A DNA stretch of 64,000 nt from Acanthaster planci (GCF_001949145.1 NW_019091356.1:4074934-4138933), one strand, 5' to 3'; shown: positions 40,467-55,997, counted from the stretch's first letter. Translations and numbers: made by a program. The notes: generated by a model from the letters alone, not told the origin.

Positions 40467-42994
40467 ACACATATCTGTTTCCTTGCCCTTTCACAGCTGC
40501 ACTTACAAGAAGCCCCTACAAAGACTACACAATGTACTTTGTTACCACTAAGCGAATCAACGGACCTAATGCAGAATTCCCTCTCTGAAGTGGCAAGTAG
40601 GGGAAATATTTGGGTAAACACTGGAACGAGTTAGGCCTAGTATCCAGCGAGGAGTGGACCCCTCTGGTTTGTAGTCATTCTAATGAAAATTGGTCGTGCC
40701 TACTCTGCATCGTCGGTGTACAAACTAGTGCGTGCCCGTTAAGTGAGCTTACGTGAACTGCCAAATACCTTTTTTTTCTGCACGGCATCCATAGTGCAGA
40801 CTCTAAGAATTGCACGCAGGAGGCTCACGCATTTTATCCAGTCCTTGGTTGTAAAATAAATGTGAATATCGCTTGAGACTAAAAACGTGTAGCGTGACTA
40901 TAGGCAACAATATCTGAACTGTGTTTATCAGTTACCACAATAGTCGTGTTCAAAATAATAATAATAATAAATACTGTTATTACTGGATATACTGTATCTG
41001 TCATTTTACTCTCAGGCACAAATATAAAGAGACACCAAACTCAAACAACTGGCATGGAAGTCAATGTACAAGTTTACTGTTACACCTGTACGCAGATTCA
41101 CTTCATCCAAAATAGCTCAAAACTTCATAATTCAAGATACCATGCGACACTTTACTGTGTGCTTTGTTAATTGTCGGAAACTCTAGATGTCGATGTCAGT
41201 TTTACTAATCGTCACAGGGATAGGTTATGCTACCTACGTGCTGTTATTTTGGTACTTATGCCAATGGCTGTTTATGATGCTGTACTTTTCATGTTCATGT
41301 AAAGAGTATATGAACTTCGTTAGCGTACGTATTCCAATTAGCGAAGGTTGCTCACTCTGTTCATTCAATACTGAATGTTTTCTGTACTAAAAGGGAGGAC
41401 GTGTTAGGCTAACTTGCCAGTGTTTTATTACTTATAGCATTTCCTGTTGTTGAAGTCAACATAAAATGTACATGTCGTAAGTTTACGTGTTACCACTTTT
41501 GTATGTGTCATAAAAAAGTAATTAGATCAGTTTTTAGATAAAACGGTTGGACAGTTTATGCTGGCTGGGAACAGTACACTGCCACTGGAAATTGTCAAAG
41601 GAAAAGGCTTCTAAATTGTCGATTGTGCATTTTGCCAAATGACTACAGGCCGTTTTGTAGCATACTACCCATCCTCACAAATTAGCGTCAACGCGGGGCT
41701 TAAGGTCTATGGTGATTTGCATATTTCAGGCCGACGTTTTGAAGGTGCTACACCGAGCCCAATGAGCAAATGGAAAACAAAGAGGCTGTACGTACGTTGG
41801 AGTTACTGCTTTGGTGTGTAAAAACTAATGAGAATGGCATCGACGACCAACTACCTTACTCCGTGCCTGGGGAGTAAAAACAAAATGGAAGCACTTAAGC
41901 ATATGTCCATTTTGTTTGAGAACAAGACTGCTAGGGTAAAGATTTACTGGTGAGGAACTAGGTTCAGCACCACGCTTTTATTTCAACTGAAAGATTGTTT
42001 GAACGAAAATAAAATGTACATAAATGTATAATCTCTGCTACTTTATCAGAATTTGTCATTGTAAGTCCCTGTAGTGTCCAGTAGTGTAGACCTATACATC
42101 ATTCTAGTTGGACTGATAATATCACCACTCACACAATATCAAATTAAGGCTTAGGCCTATGTTCAGTTTTCTGGTCTACGTGTTCCGTCTGTGTTAACTG
42201 ACAGTATTGCTTGTGCATAAGGGTGTAAATTAACTGCTTCAAAATAAGACATCGTTCTCAATTTAAGTGAAACATTTCCAAACGTGTAGTGAATAGATTA
42301 AGAATTCGTGTTGAAATTTTTTGTGTGCATCTAAAAAGATAAAGAAAATGCTCTGGGAAAAAAACGCGAACGTCTTTTCTGCAAAACTGTCCGTAGTTGC
42401 TATACACAGGATGGAGAGGATCAATAGGCTATAAAAAGTAAGTTGCAGTCGACTTAAGTCTTAGCTGAGACTTTTTCAGAAAACTGTAGAATATTATAGA
42501 TTCCTTATTCAAAAATCATGAGAGCTGCATACATCGGACAAAGCAAAGCTCAAATCAATATTCAGTTAAAATCTCTCAAATTTGCATCCATGTGTTTACA
42601 TTACGTTCTATACACTGTTTTGCAAATGATTTGTGGATATTAAAATCAGACATGCAATTAACAATGGTGCACAATCGTAGTTTTGTCCAAGAATCCAAGA
42701 ACTCTTCCAATTCAATCAGCTGCACAGGTATAGTTCAAATATGCGGTGTACACATGTTGCAGAATCTGTTGGTGGTGAACAGACGGAAAGCAGAGGAATC
42801 GATGGCGAACTTTGTCAAGGCGAAATTCTGACATTAGATATGACTGCTCATACACGCAAATCCTTGGTGCAGGATGAACGCACAGTTATAATGTCTTGAG
42901 ATCCATCATGTTCGTTCGTACAATGATTAAGATTACGTACACTATGCAAGTTATAGAGTTCACGGTTAACTTAGAGAAAGACATCGCACAATCT

Positions 42995-44038
42995 TTACAC
43001 GACCAAAGGCAACTGAGAATCGGCAAACTGTCTGCTTCGGTAAAGCTCTTGAAGTTGATCTGCATGGCAACCGGTGAGATCTGCATGGCAACCGGTTACC
43101 ATGGACACAGAGGAAACAGTGACAACTGGATCAATCGTATTCGATGTTTTGCAGAACATGAAAGCACACAGGGCCTTGGTTCCCTCCTTGTAGTCGGGCA
43201 ACCGCCACCAGTAGATGAAGGGGTTTACTACAGAAGTGATAAGGCCCACACAAAGACAAGCGTAGAAAGGCACATTTGCCACGAAACAAGCGTTCTTGCT
43301 TCCGAAACTGAGAGACTGTACCATGACGATGACTACCATCGGAAGCCAACACAGCGGGAACAGACCTACGATAAGAGCAAACAGCGTTGACAGGCGGCGA
43401 GACTGGTGATCAGGTGCCAAAGGAAGATTGGCCGAGATCTGTCGTCGTTTGCGGACTGTGTAGAAGATAGCGGTGTAAAGAGCTATCGTGAGGCAAAGTT
43501 CCAACAGGACAACGCAAGGGGCCACGATGAAAAAGACTCTGTAAAACATGACCAGATCGAAAGACAGAGGGATGGTAACCATGACGGGGATGATCCAACA
43601 GCACAAGCTGATCGCAATGCATCGTTTGTAGCTGAACATCTCCTTGTAGCGGAACGGGGACAGGACCACCGCCACGAAACGCTCCAGGGCCACGGACGTC
43701 ACGCACACAGTCGACACGAGAAGGAAGACGCTGCTGACGACGTCCACGCGCGATGAGCCCAGTTGGAGCGTGATGGGAAAACACACGCCGATGCAGAGGT
43801 CGGCCAGGGACAAGTTGCAAACGAAGATGTTTATCCGCCGGCGTATCTTACGCTTGAAGGTATTGAAGAGGGAAGTAGTTATAACTAGAGAGTTCCCAAT
43901 AAAGGAAAGGATACCCATGATGTAGGTGACAGCGAGGATAGTGCGTTGAGCTGCAATATCCGGGTGTCCGTTCTCGTCTGCTATGTCGTACAGGTTCGGT
44001 AGGGAACAATTGTGGGAATTCATAGTCATAAAATACAT
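42995..44038 (-). CDS. Intronless rhodopsin-class orphan GPCR (adenosine/melanocortin-group-like)
   Basis: About 347 aa from the first ATG (44038; downstream ATGs at 44029 and 44023 are alternatives). Motifs GN, NLSLADL, VALERF, CWLP, NPFIY. Very short extracellular loops. Confidence 0.9.
   Translation of the reverse strand: MYFMTMNSHNCSLPNLYDIADENGHPDIAAQRTILAVTYIMGILSFIGNSLVITTSLFNTFKRKIRRRINIFVCNLSLADLCIGVCFPITLQLGSSRVDVVSSVFLLVSTVCVTSVALERFVAVVLSPFRYKEMFSYKRCIAISLCCWIIPVMVTIPLSFDLVMFYRVFFIVAPCVVLLELCLTIALYTAIFYTVRKRRQISANLPLAPDHQSRRLSTLFALIVGLFPLCWLPMVVIVMVQSLSFGSKNACFVANVPFYACLCVGLITSVVNPFIYWWRLPDYKEGTKALCAFMFCKTSNTIDPVVTVSSVSMVTGCHADLTGCHADQLQELYRSRQFADSQLPLVV
43057..43098. repeat. 21-nt tandem duplication in GPCR C-terminal tail
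   Basis: gatctgcatggcaaccggtga / gatctgcatggcaaccggtta, giving TGCHADL-TGCHADQ. Confidence 0.9.
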
Positions 44039-45220
44039 CCGCAATGGACGAGCCTACTGTTTAAAACCCTACCACTTCCAATTTGGATTATTTCGACGTT
44101 GGTAAGATCTGAAGCGGCATGGTTTGTACAGTTTTGATCGTCAGTTTTATTAACAAGAAGGGTAAAATTATTCTGTACTTCTACTTGTGCACACATGAAC
44201 GAGGCGTTCTTCCTGTGCGTGATGCCAGCTATATATTCCAAAGTTACCAGTCTCCCAGCCACAAGTATGATATAGGTGTTGTTACACCTACAATCGCCCT
44301 TTACTGGTATTTTCAACTAGTAATTGCCAGTTATTCATAAACGTAACCAGAGCAAAGATTGTGAGTGCGGTAAGTTTATGGCTGCCAATGCCCGGCTCGC
44401 TCGTGTTCTCGTACGGAATTCATTTCATGGTATATGCACGCTATTACGGTCACTGTCACTCTCTGGCGCCTTCTGGGATGAGTCGGTTGAGGGGCTTGTG
44501 GTAGCTTCTCTATATATCCAGTTCTACAACCGGGTCAGGAAACTGCCGGCGTTGCAAGTACTCCCATTGGGTCTAAGCGACACTGTGGCAACATCACATC
44601 ACGGGTATTTAATTAGACAGGACGCAATCTGGGCAAGCATTCATGGGTCGCTTGGAAGACGCTCGGTGGAGAAGGAACTCATCGGTGGTTGCCGCCTTTT
44701 GTGCGCCCGCATAGTCAATGCTAATGGACGGCCAAGTGTTGCTGTGCACGCAACGGTGACGAATAGGTTCGAGGGTAAATAATAACTGTCCATGGACCTA
44801 CACACCTTGGACACGATCTTTAAAGAAAACAAGATTCGCGCATAGGAGAAGAAATCCCATACCAGTCGCTTTATTGACACCAGAGTTGATAAGATCCGGA
44901 TGATTGATGCTGGTCCAGATTGATACATGTACGTGGATTGCAATGCATTCATGTAGTTAAATGCAAGTATTTCATGAGACAAATATTTGAGATTTCAAAC
45001 TACACCTTCTTTGAACCTTGCTTCCGGACAATTCATTTCAATTAACGGCGGACTGCTGTACTAATGTGGCAATATAAATAATGCTCTGTATTAAAATATT
45101 GGTTAGGCCTATGTGCGAAAGGCTAAAGAGTATCCACACCCACTTAGAGTTAATTATTAATCCCGCAGGTGAATAAACCCCTCAAGTTGATAAAATTGAT
45201 AAAAATACACACTGGATAAA

Positions 45221-45740
45221 AAATGCCACCCTCATATTTACCTAATACATATGAGAAACCTGTCAAGTTGTTTTTGTAATTACAATCATGCCCAAATGCA
45301 TTCAGAAATATAATACCCTAGACTTCATTTCAGCAAACGCTCAAATGAAACATCAGAATTTAGAATCAAATTAAAGTCCAATTCAGACAGAACGGCATAG
45401 TTCTTGTAGGTCCCCCATCAGCACCATTATTCCAAACTGAGAGTGGGACTTTAAGCCTTGCTTACATGCCTTCGCGTTCATTGCTGACCCGACTGAACGA
45501 AAGGGAAGATTGTGAAGCAGTATGCCAATTAAAAAATCGCCCTTCACCATGAAGCCTAAGTCTACCAGGCCCATTTTCCGATGTAAAAACTAAAGGTGTT
45601 CATAGAAGACGGCAATATGGTGCCACAACTTGTACATCCCTCTCATAGGTTTTGGTCTTAAACATCCTACAACAATAGGTCTGAGCTCACGGTTTCCAGG
45701 CAGCTTGAGTACCTCTCGCAATTTTATGAGGGTGGCATTT
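45221..45740. mobile_element. Possible degenerate DNA-transposon remnant bounded by a 16-bp inverted repeat
   Basis: aaatgccaccctcata (45221-45236) is the exact reverse complement of tatgagggtggcattt (45725-45740). True ends and TSD not identified. Confidence 0.35.
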
Positions 45741-46443
45741 CAATTTAATTTAAAACGCCAACACTTGAGCAAATATTATGAAAGTTGAGCACAGTCGACA
45801 ACAGTCAAGTGTTAAGGGCGAAAGGAAAGGATGTGCCCATAAACAGGATAATATATTGACAGCACTGTAGCCTAGCACACAAAGCACAAGGTCAAATCAA
45901 GGCAACAATAAATATCTCTCTGCTCATGATGCTAATAAAGTACTAGGCCTAGGCTACGTCATAAATTAATTAATGCAATATGCACGTGACAACAAGACAC
46001 AAGTTACCAGGAATGTGCCAATATATAGGCCCAGGCCTTATGTCTATAGAGTAAGTCTACAGGCAACTTAGGTTTTCATTGGTACGCGGCACATGTTAAC
46101 GATGGCCATAGCTGCATGGAGACGGTTTGAAGTGGCCCCCTTTGGCCGTTGTTTTGCTTGCATTACCCCAATGTTATCATCATCAGGCTTACCATAGACG
46201 AGGACATCACATCAGTCTCGGGTGTATGGATCACGATACAATACAGGACGTGTCGCACTCGCTGCACCAATGCGTTAGTTTGTCTCATGAAAAACGTTAG
46301 CCATGTTGAAGGCTTGAACATTTTAAAAGCAATTTAGCATGATTCCCCTTCAGCGAATCCTGTGAGCCTTACCCTGGGACAGTACAGTTGGTGAGTAGGT
46401 GACTAAAGCAATGAGGGACGACATTGACTTAGGCCCGATATAC

Positions 46444-46573
46444 CTATCATTAAGTACACGACAATGGCGTTGCCACAGGTGCTATGCAATGCTTGAACAT
46501 GACCAAGATGACATCGTCAAGTGTGAGACATCTTCCAAGCTCACGCCAATTTTCGGAAATAAATACATCTAAC
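46444..46573 (-). pseudogene. Possible frameshifted death-domain exon relic
   Basis: LDVFISENWRELGRCLTLDDVIL, then after a 1-nt shift HVQALHSTCGNAIVVYLMI. Resembles death-domain helices (W..LGR.L.L.D..L...VY.ML). Bounded by ttcttccacttAG and GTatat. Confidence 0.35.
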
Positions 46574-48272
46574 CTAAGTGGAAGAAATGCATACCTCTCC
46601 CTATGGACTCTCCTTTCGTGTCCCTGTTTGTCCCTCATTCTGACAGCTTCGAATATCTTCCATCGTGTCCTAATTCTGCTCATGGCCTGCTTTCAGAACA
46701 CCATTTTTTGCACGTTGATTTTCTTCCGTTGCTATGAACAGCGTCCTCTAGTGCCACAAGTTAACGGACTCGCGATGCACACGTTCAGCGCACCATTCTG
46801 CGGCGCGTGCGTTGAGCTCCTTCACACAGAACAAAAACAGAGGGGTGACAAATAGGAAGACTGAAATGGTTGCCTTCTGAGCTTTCCAGGAAACTTATCT
46901 CGGTGAATGTGAGAGAACAAGATGAAAAATCCAAGAAACTCTCAATATGCAGTGACCCGCTTGTGGCTTCCTCTAGACTTGGCCTGCACAACAGTTAAAA
47001 TACCACACACCTGGTCCAAAGACAAACAAATCGAGGGAAAATTGCAATCTAATTTCATATGACACAGTAACACTAGCTAATTTCCCATTATCGGAAAAAA
47101 ATAGAAAAAAAAATGGAATCATTATTCTGAAAAGGGAATTAACACTGAATGAGACATGAACAAAATCAACTCTGATTTGATTTCCGGCTATGTAAATTAG
47201 AACGCCATAAAAAAGCTTAAAACTTTTTTATTTAAATATACTGATTTCTTATTAAGTAAATGACAGCCTATGGAAGAACTATTGACGTTATACAAAATAT
47301 GCAAATGTATGTATGCAAAATACTCATGATATACGTAAAAGGTTGAGATAAATTTGGCCACTTTCACTGCAAAGACTATTGAATTCAACTATGGATAACT
47401 TGGGCCTACCGAGTTAAGTCCTATGAAGGGGACTTCAGGCAATAATTGGCGGAAGCCAATAAAGAATTCTTTTCCCATGAAATGTTTGGATCAGTTTGAA
47501 CAAGTGCACATAAGAGGAAAGATGGCCAAGGAAAAAACAGTTGTGTTTGCTGCCATCAAGGGTCTGAAAAGTCTCTGGACCTTACATACATACTCCTCAT
47601 TTCCAAGAGGCGAGGCTTAACTGTTGATGGGGAGGCATAAAACATACATTTACACGGTCTTATACAGGTACATTTAGGTTGCAAAAGTGAACTTTTAGGT
47701 TGAAAAAAGTGAAATTATTTTTTTGACTGCAAGTAAAATACATGTAACTAATAATGCATAACCCACTTTAATGAAGGCAAATTTGCAAAACATAGTCTAG
47801 AAATAACTAATCATGCAAGTTGGGTGAACGAAACTTTTTAGCTCAATTTTTGTTAACAATTTATACATCTTCGTGGCACTAGACTTGAACCTGTATGTCT
47901 ATCTCAAACAACTCTGATCAACAATATTCCTTGTGACAACTGTGTGTACAGGCGATACAGTACACCGGCTTGACAAGATTACCTCATACATTGTCTATCA
48001 ATAACATTACAGGGAAATTTAAAGCTTAGCCAATTCCATCTTTCTCTAAGCTCAATTTTCTCAGGTTTTTATCCTGTGAAAGCCCCCATCAATTTTCATG
48101 ATTTGTCAAACTCAACAAATGGAAAAATTTGTCACAAATAGAGGTATACCCGAGGGCTGTGGAAATCATGTCGGAGTGCTCACCCCTACCTTACAACTTG
48201 GGAAGCCTGGAAAAGTGTGTGTGTGGGGAGGGGAGGCTGCTGATGAAAGCTGCATTTCTATTGGAAGAAAGC

Positions 48273-48431
48273 CTACTTCCTGGTAAGTGATTGTGACAGC
48301 CAATCAAGTCCATTGTACAATCCATCTCCACTCGTAGCACAGGTTGCCTGGATGAACCATTGGCGGCCGCGTAGTCCTTGCAAGTTCAACTTGTCGGTGA
48401 TCTCTTGGGCAGTCATGGCATTGGGAAGATC
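48273..48431 (-). pseudogene. ARF1: ARF copy A, coding exon 4 (frame intact; gene frameshifted in exon 1)
   Basis: Acceptor gttctct[54 protein letters not shown]. Confidence 0.85.
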
Positions 48432-48718
48432 CTAGAGAACAGAGTGGGGATTGTGAAATTGGTAGTTAATGTAGAGTCGTGCGTGTGGAGAAAAAGAGTA
48501 AAATATGCAGCAGGTCAATGAAAACTGCGAAACTGCATTGAATAAATTATGACAAATTTTGGGGTGCTCAGTTCAATCCAGGAGGATGTGGAAACTGCAC
48601 ACGTCCACACCAAGAACAGGCAAAATTTCGGCAACTTCCCAGCCCATAAAAGTGTGTCAAAAAAAAGCCTCGCATGTGCACAGGTGGAATTTGAACATCA
48701 ACCAGCAAATGAAAGAAC

Positions 48719-48843
48719 CTGTTTGTTGGCAAAGATCAGGACATGTGCATTTCGTAGCTCATCTTCGTTCAGCATCGTGGTGAGTTCGTCGCGCACCTCT
48801 CCAATTCTCTCTCTATCATTGCTGTCCACAACAAAAATCAAAC
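48719..48843 (-). pseudogene. ARF1: ARF copy A, coding exon 3 (frame intact)
   Basis: 125 nt, AG/GT bounded. [42 protein letters not shown]. Confidence 0.85.
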
Positions 48844-49100
48844 CTGCAATGAAAAAGTAACCACGGTGTCTGAGGATCTGGTTACGGACAAAAGTAAACT
48901 AACCTGTGCAATGGAATCAAAGGCAAAAATCAAACATGTTGGTAAGGCGAAAGGTATGCCGGAGATGATGGTTGGCTTGGGGATTGCATTAGGGCGACAG
49001 TAGATACTGGGTGGGCTTAAAGTGGTCTTAGCAAGCTGGTATCTCCTGGTATGTGTGCGTGTGTGTGAGTGGGGGGATCAACAGGCCAAGTAGGTCCATA

Positions 49101-49479
<379 letters not shown>

Positions 49480-50559
49480 TTAATAAGGAGGAAACAATTT
49501 TCAGTTTGGACTACAGTGACTCAGAGGGCTCTTTGGCATATTGGGAGATTTCAAGATGGCAACTACATCTCATATGAACACATGCAAAAGAGGGAATTTA
49601 CCGACGCAAATATGCTAGCTAAGACTTTTACAAGAACTCTAAATGAATACGATTCTGCTATGTACATGAACTTTGGAAGTTGAATCACATCTGCTTTCCA
49701 AACACAAACTTTCAGCTGCAGAGAGTGTAACACTCTCAACTTCTTAACTTTTCATGAGATGTTTCTAGTAGTGCTGAATTATGAGTCTCAGTAACCAAAC
49801 TCGCACCAATTGTCCTGGCCCAAGTGCACGGACAATTCAGACTTGAAAGAAGTGTTTGACAAACAACAGTTGGTCAAGAATACAGGTTTCTTTTATTCTA
49901 AAAACTTCGCCTCATGCAAAGCTCCTCACTGTCAAACAGGGAGCTGTTGAGGAAACTCCTCCTGTTTGCTGACAAGTATTTCACCGCAGCAAAATACTTC
50001 ACAAATCAAGTATTTTCTCAACACAAAAACACGTCACAGGCTTAAAGCATCGAAACTGGTCTCATCAGACTTTAGCTCTCTGCTCGCAAAGTTCCAACTT
50101 GATTTCTCAACACACTTACAGGGTTTTATACTCTTCAAATCCACTATATTAACATAGTTACTGAATATAAGTCATAAGTAAATTATGCAGTAAGGTTACA
50201 TCACCCTGCTCTAAATTGATGACTAATTCCATTGACCAATCAGAATTAAACCAATGATGTAAACCCATGACTAATATCAATTTCTTATACAGTTCCGTCC
50301 CTTCATTTCAAACAAATATTCCAATGAAAAAAGGGCAAGTTGTGGGTGCACTGGCCTTAGCCCCCACATTCCAAGTAACTAGCCAATTTTTATCAATGCG
50401 TCAACCGGCCTTGGTGAAAATCTGGTGTTTGACTCATTGACCACTACACTTTTCTGGGAACTTAAAGGTGCATCCTGTATCCCACCTGTTCACAAAATCT
50501 CAACATTGTTACAGAGATTTAAACAGCAGATATGGTACATGTAGCTAGTCATTTTTTTT

Positions 50560-50926
<367 letters not shown>

Positions 50927-53900
50927 TTACAACAGAGGCTTGGATCAAGTTACATGGGATGCAAAGTGAAAAGTGAATGTGAGTTTGTATGATTCAGACG
51001 CATCAGCAAGAATCAGACTACTGATAACAAACATGTACATGTATATGGTAAAAACAAAAGGAACATTTACATCAATGTACAGAGCAAAACTTCTGGACCC
51101 TACATGGATTTCTACATACATGTACATGTATTAGAAATCCCTGTTCTACATTTATGGGCATCTTTTAATGACTGTTGTGATAAGGTAAATAATGGAAGAT
51201 GAGATGTCTAATATGGGACATTTGTCAGTTAACAAGGCCTGAATGTGGAGAAAAGGTAAGTGGATGCCATGGTCATATTTCAGGATAAAAACAGATGAAA
51301 AAAGAAGGAGATTTGCCGTCTTGGATGACAAATTAAGCAAGGTAACTTAATGCAATTAGAGATATGTGTACTTGGTTATCCAAGGCAATTTTCATTCAAT
51401 AAAACCAGACAAATCTGAATTTAAAATAAACACAAGACGGGGGCTCTCTATTTGTTCGATCTCATCTGCAAATTGGAGGTTTATTCACACAGTTTGCAAT
51501 ACTATGCTAATTGTACATGTACATAACTGAAAATACAGACACCAATAACAATACATTAAAAGAAACCTGCTTGGAAATCATTTCACATTTTTCATCAGTA
51601 CAGAGAAAGCGTACTGTCGTCTTCCCAACACAAGATTAAACCTTACGATGTGGTTTGTCTAGCTTACAATAACTGACCTTTGTGTCCAGGTCTTGCCAAC
51701 CATAAAGTGCACTTTAATCAGTTACAACAAACCGCAGATCGGCTGGCGTGCTGCTGTATTATTGGGATCTCCACTTCTCTGACGTGAAATAACTTCTGCA
51801 CAGTTAACATGAACACTAAAGAAAAATCACAACAGCAGGTCCAAATCTATAAAGATCAAGTACATGTACAAAGATGTGTAGAACAGTGTAGTGCATGCCG
51901 CATCTCTCAAAAAAGGAACTTTTGCCTTTTTTCACTGCCGTGGTAATGCAAGGAAGAAAGCAACCAGGATTTCTTGGCAAAAGTTCACAGGGGCATATCA
52001 GGTTTAACTAGTTCCTTTAAATATAACGGACCTCACACAATATGATACCACTGAATTCAGTCCGCTTAAAAATTCGTGCAAATTTTCCCCAGTGGTTTTT
52101 TTGACATGTCGCAACTGCAGTACTTCCTGGTCCCATGCTTTCCAAAATTTCCTCTCCAAATACTTCAGACACTGCCAAAACTAAACTGGGAGAAAAATTG
52201 AGGCTGCTATACTCACCGGCAACGGAGTTGGAAAATATACATGCACACTTTAGAAAGATCACAAGATTGTAAGAATTTGCACATTTGACAAAACGGCCTG
52301 TATTTTATAGAATCAGTTATTACAATGAATTGCCTGTTACAATAGAGGATACTACGCTTATTGGTTAAATGATTTCCGGTTAGAATGAAACTGCTACATT
52401 TCTACATATTACAGGCGATTGCGTGGTTAAGATAAGCCATGTGAGACAGTGCAAAGTGGCAAACACGATGTGGGCAAAGTCCACATTCAATGCCAGTCCT
52501 CAGAAAAAAAAATACACCAACGAAAGTTGAAACACCTCTACACTGTTTACCAACCCTCGAGGTTTTTCCTGCTTACTACAAATGCTTTTTAACTGGTTCT
52601 TCAGATCACACGTGCTTGCTTTTTAAAGTTGGGCCATTTGTTCCAAAAAACACTGCGACCACTGGTAGTTTGTACATATATATATTACTGTATTCCATTA
52701 TAAAAATCAGAGTACATGACTCTGCTCTTTTTTCTCCGAGGAATTTTGTTGACTCACAAGTCTCGAATAACTACTACATACAGAAGAGTCAACTGAAAAG
52801 TTGAAACCAGAATGTCTTGTCAGAGGACCAAATACCAAATGGAACAGCGGGGACTGGTTTGAAGTCACTGCATACAAATGCGTGATATTCCGAAGTTCCG
52901 TTTATTTTTTTTAGGGCAATCACAAAGTTATGAACATCCCAACTGCAGATCAACTCTTTCATGTGTAACAAAATACTTTTCCCACGAGCAAGGATTGGTG
53001 TCCCAACCTCTTTTAGTTTCTGTATGGTCCCTGTTTACAGGCAATGCATGACCTCTGGCACTGCACGGACAACATGCACGTGCCATCGGACAGTGCGAGT
53101 TGCAGCATACGTGGCAACCCCACTGCAACAACTCATGGATTGTGTCCCTGTTGTCATGGAAGATGTCAGTGTCCCACACTGACGTCACTATCTTGGGACG
53201 TCAGCTATCAGCATCCTCTTAATGGCACGATGTAGCCGGGTACGCTCTCAAAATGTAAAGAAACAAAGGTCAAGCAATGGATTCCAGGGAAGGACTACAA
53301 AGCTTTGAATCTGATATGACTGGGGAGTTTGTGCATCCTACTAACCCAAAGAGCTCTAGTTGAGTCAGCCTTGTTTCTTTTTAAAGACATAATTAATACA
53401 GTATTAAATTTTTCATAGATCACTAAGCTTTAGATATACCCACAACCATTACAGGTGCGTTTATATATACTAAAACAACTTTTTGTTAAAGAAAATGACT
53501 GCTTAACATGGGTACGACATACAGGTGGCAGCGGAACACTGTGCTTCTTATCCAGACGCTTGAGTGATTGAGGCCTGCTCTAGGCATACGTGGACATGTG
53601 CATACAAGCATTGGGTCCTTGAAATTGCCCACAGGTCTGAGAGAGATTATCAGAGATCAATTTGCTTTCCTCATTGCTTTGTTCACTGACTTGGGTCATG
53701 GGCTGGAGATTGCATGCTGTTTCTGCATGCCTTCTTAAGAAAAAACAAAGATTACAGTGTAATATCTTTACAACTCCTAAATGTTGCAACTATGGATAAC
53801 ATATGTCGATGAAAACTTATTTCCTTAGAAATAGCCATTTCACTTCCTAAACCCATCTCCAACTACCTCACCCACGAAACCCCCCCCCCCTGGAAAAAAG

Positions 53901-53997
53901 GAAAGAAAAATTTATCAGTGAACCCCCCCAAAAGACAAGAATCCCCACATGAAATGATTTATCTACACACATCAAAACGTCCAGATCAGGCGTGTGC

Positions 53998-54162
53998 TTA
54001 TTTTCCCCCTTTTTTGAGTTCTTGTGACAGCCAGTCCAGGCCCTCGTACAGACCATCTCCACTGGTGGCGCACGTGGCCTGGATGTACCAGGAGCGGCTG
54101 CGTAGCTTGTGGAGGCCCAGCTTGTCGGTGACCTCTGCCGCGTTCATTGCATTGGGAAGGTC
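53998..54162 (-). CDS. ARF1: ADP-ribosylation factor 1-like (copy B), coding exon 4
   Basis: Acceptor ttttct[56 protein letters not shown]. Confidence 0.95.
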   Translation of the reverse strand, partial: DLPNAMNAAEVTDKLGLHKLRSRSWYIQATCATSGDGLYEGLDWLSQELKKGGK

Positions 54163-54646
54163 CTAGAAAATAATGGGGGGGGGGAATGAAGTGCAGAATG
54201 ACCGAGTCAAATCTTTCATTGATTAAAAGTAACGCTTGCACAGGAAGACAAAGCCACAAATCCAGAGCTATCAGTAATGCCCACTATGATCTGGAACAAT
54301 CATGTGGAGAACTCTACATGAGGGATGCTAAACAAGGTGACGGAACAGTAAGATTTTGTTTTTCAGTGATATAGTAATATTTAGTGATTTTTCCCCAATA
54401 TTCAAAAGGAATGCACACACAATGTATGTGAATGAACTTTACTTGTAAGACAAACTAGTCAAGCAAGGCTAGATTTATAACGTTCTGAGAAAAATGAGGT
54501 ATGTCGTTTAATTTGACCCAACGCAACAAACATTCAAGCGAATTTCTGAAACCAAATCTGATAGTTACATTGATGTACATGTACGCAAAATGTGCAACAG
54601 AATTTCAACTCCTCAAAAAATTCACATTCATCATCTCTTGAATTTA

Positions 54647-54885
<239 letters not shown>

Positions 54886-55126
54886 GACTGGCATTTCCAA
54901 AAGCTAACAGGAAAAAGGCTTTTAGTAGAAATTGTAGTTTTTAGTACAAATCATACTTTTAGGAGAAACTGTAACTTTTTCTAACCAGTTTCAGAGGGTC
55001 TGAGCACAGTGTATCAAGTGATGTCCAGATATTGACCTCCTTACTATACAAGTTATTGATTGTTAAAAAAAAATCTTATTCATTTCTGATACATGACATG
55101 AGCAATGTGTTTGGATGCCACTCCAG

Positions 55127-55390
55127 CAGAAGGGGGAGTGGCAGATGGGTGTGGCTTGGGGGGGAGTGACAGATGGACAAAGTGCCTTGTGGGCAAAGTA
55201 GTGGATGGGCGTGGCACAGGGGGAAAGTGACAGAAAGTGGCACCTGGGCAAAGTGGTACATGGGCGTGGCAGAGGGGGAAAGTAACAGATGAGCAAAGGG
55301 GTGTGTGGGCGAAGTGTTAGATGGGCGTGGCAGAGGGAGAATTGATTATAGGCACAGTGGCAAATGGGTGAAGTGATTGTAGGCCAAGTG
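55127..55390. repeat. Degenerate G-rich tandem repeat (~55-60-nt unit) in ARF-B intron 2
   Basis: Recurring atgggcgtggcagagggggaaagt(g/a)acaga...gggcaaagtg at about 55145, 55205, 55260 and 55321. Confidence 0.75.
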
Positions 55391-55419
55391 GTCAAAGGAA
55401 GCAGTGACTGTAAAACTTT

Positions 55420-55997
<578 letters not shown>

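Noticed and set aside
42896..43820. Overlapping ORFs (164, 116 and 136 aa) in the third GPCR region
   Set aside because: Antisense or alternate-frame shadows of the GC-rich GPCR coding sequence.
44324..44782. 152-aa plus-strand ORF, and similar 100-160-aa ORFs at 12418, 13211, 22141 and 58914
   Set aside because: No recognisable domain, mostly non-ATG starts, no supporting splice structure; expected by chance.
45383..45502. Minus-strand acceptor plus short ORF as a continuation exon of the death-domain relic
   Set aside because: Translation lacks death-domain C-terminal features and lies inside the inverted-repeat-bounded segment 45221-45740.
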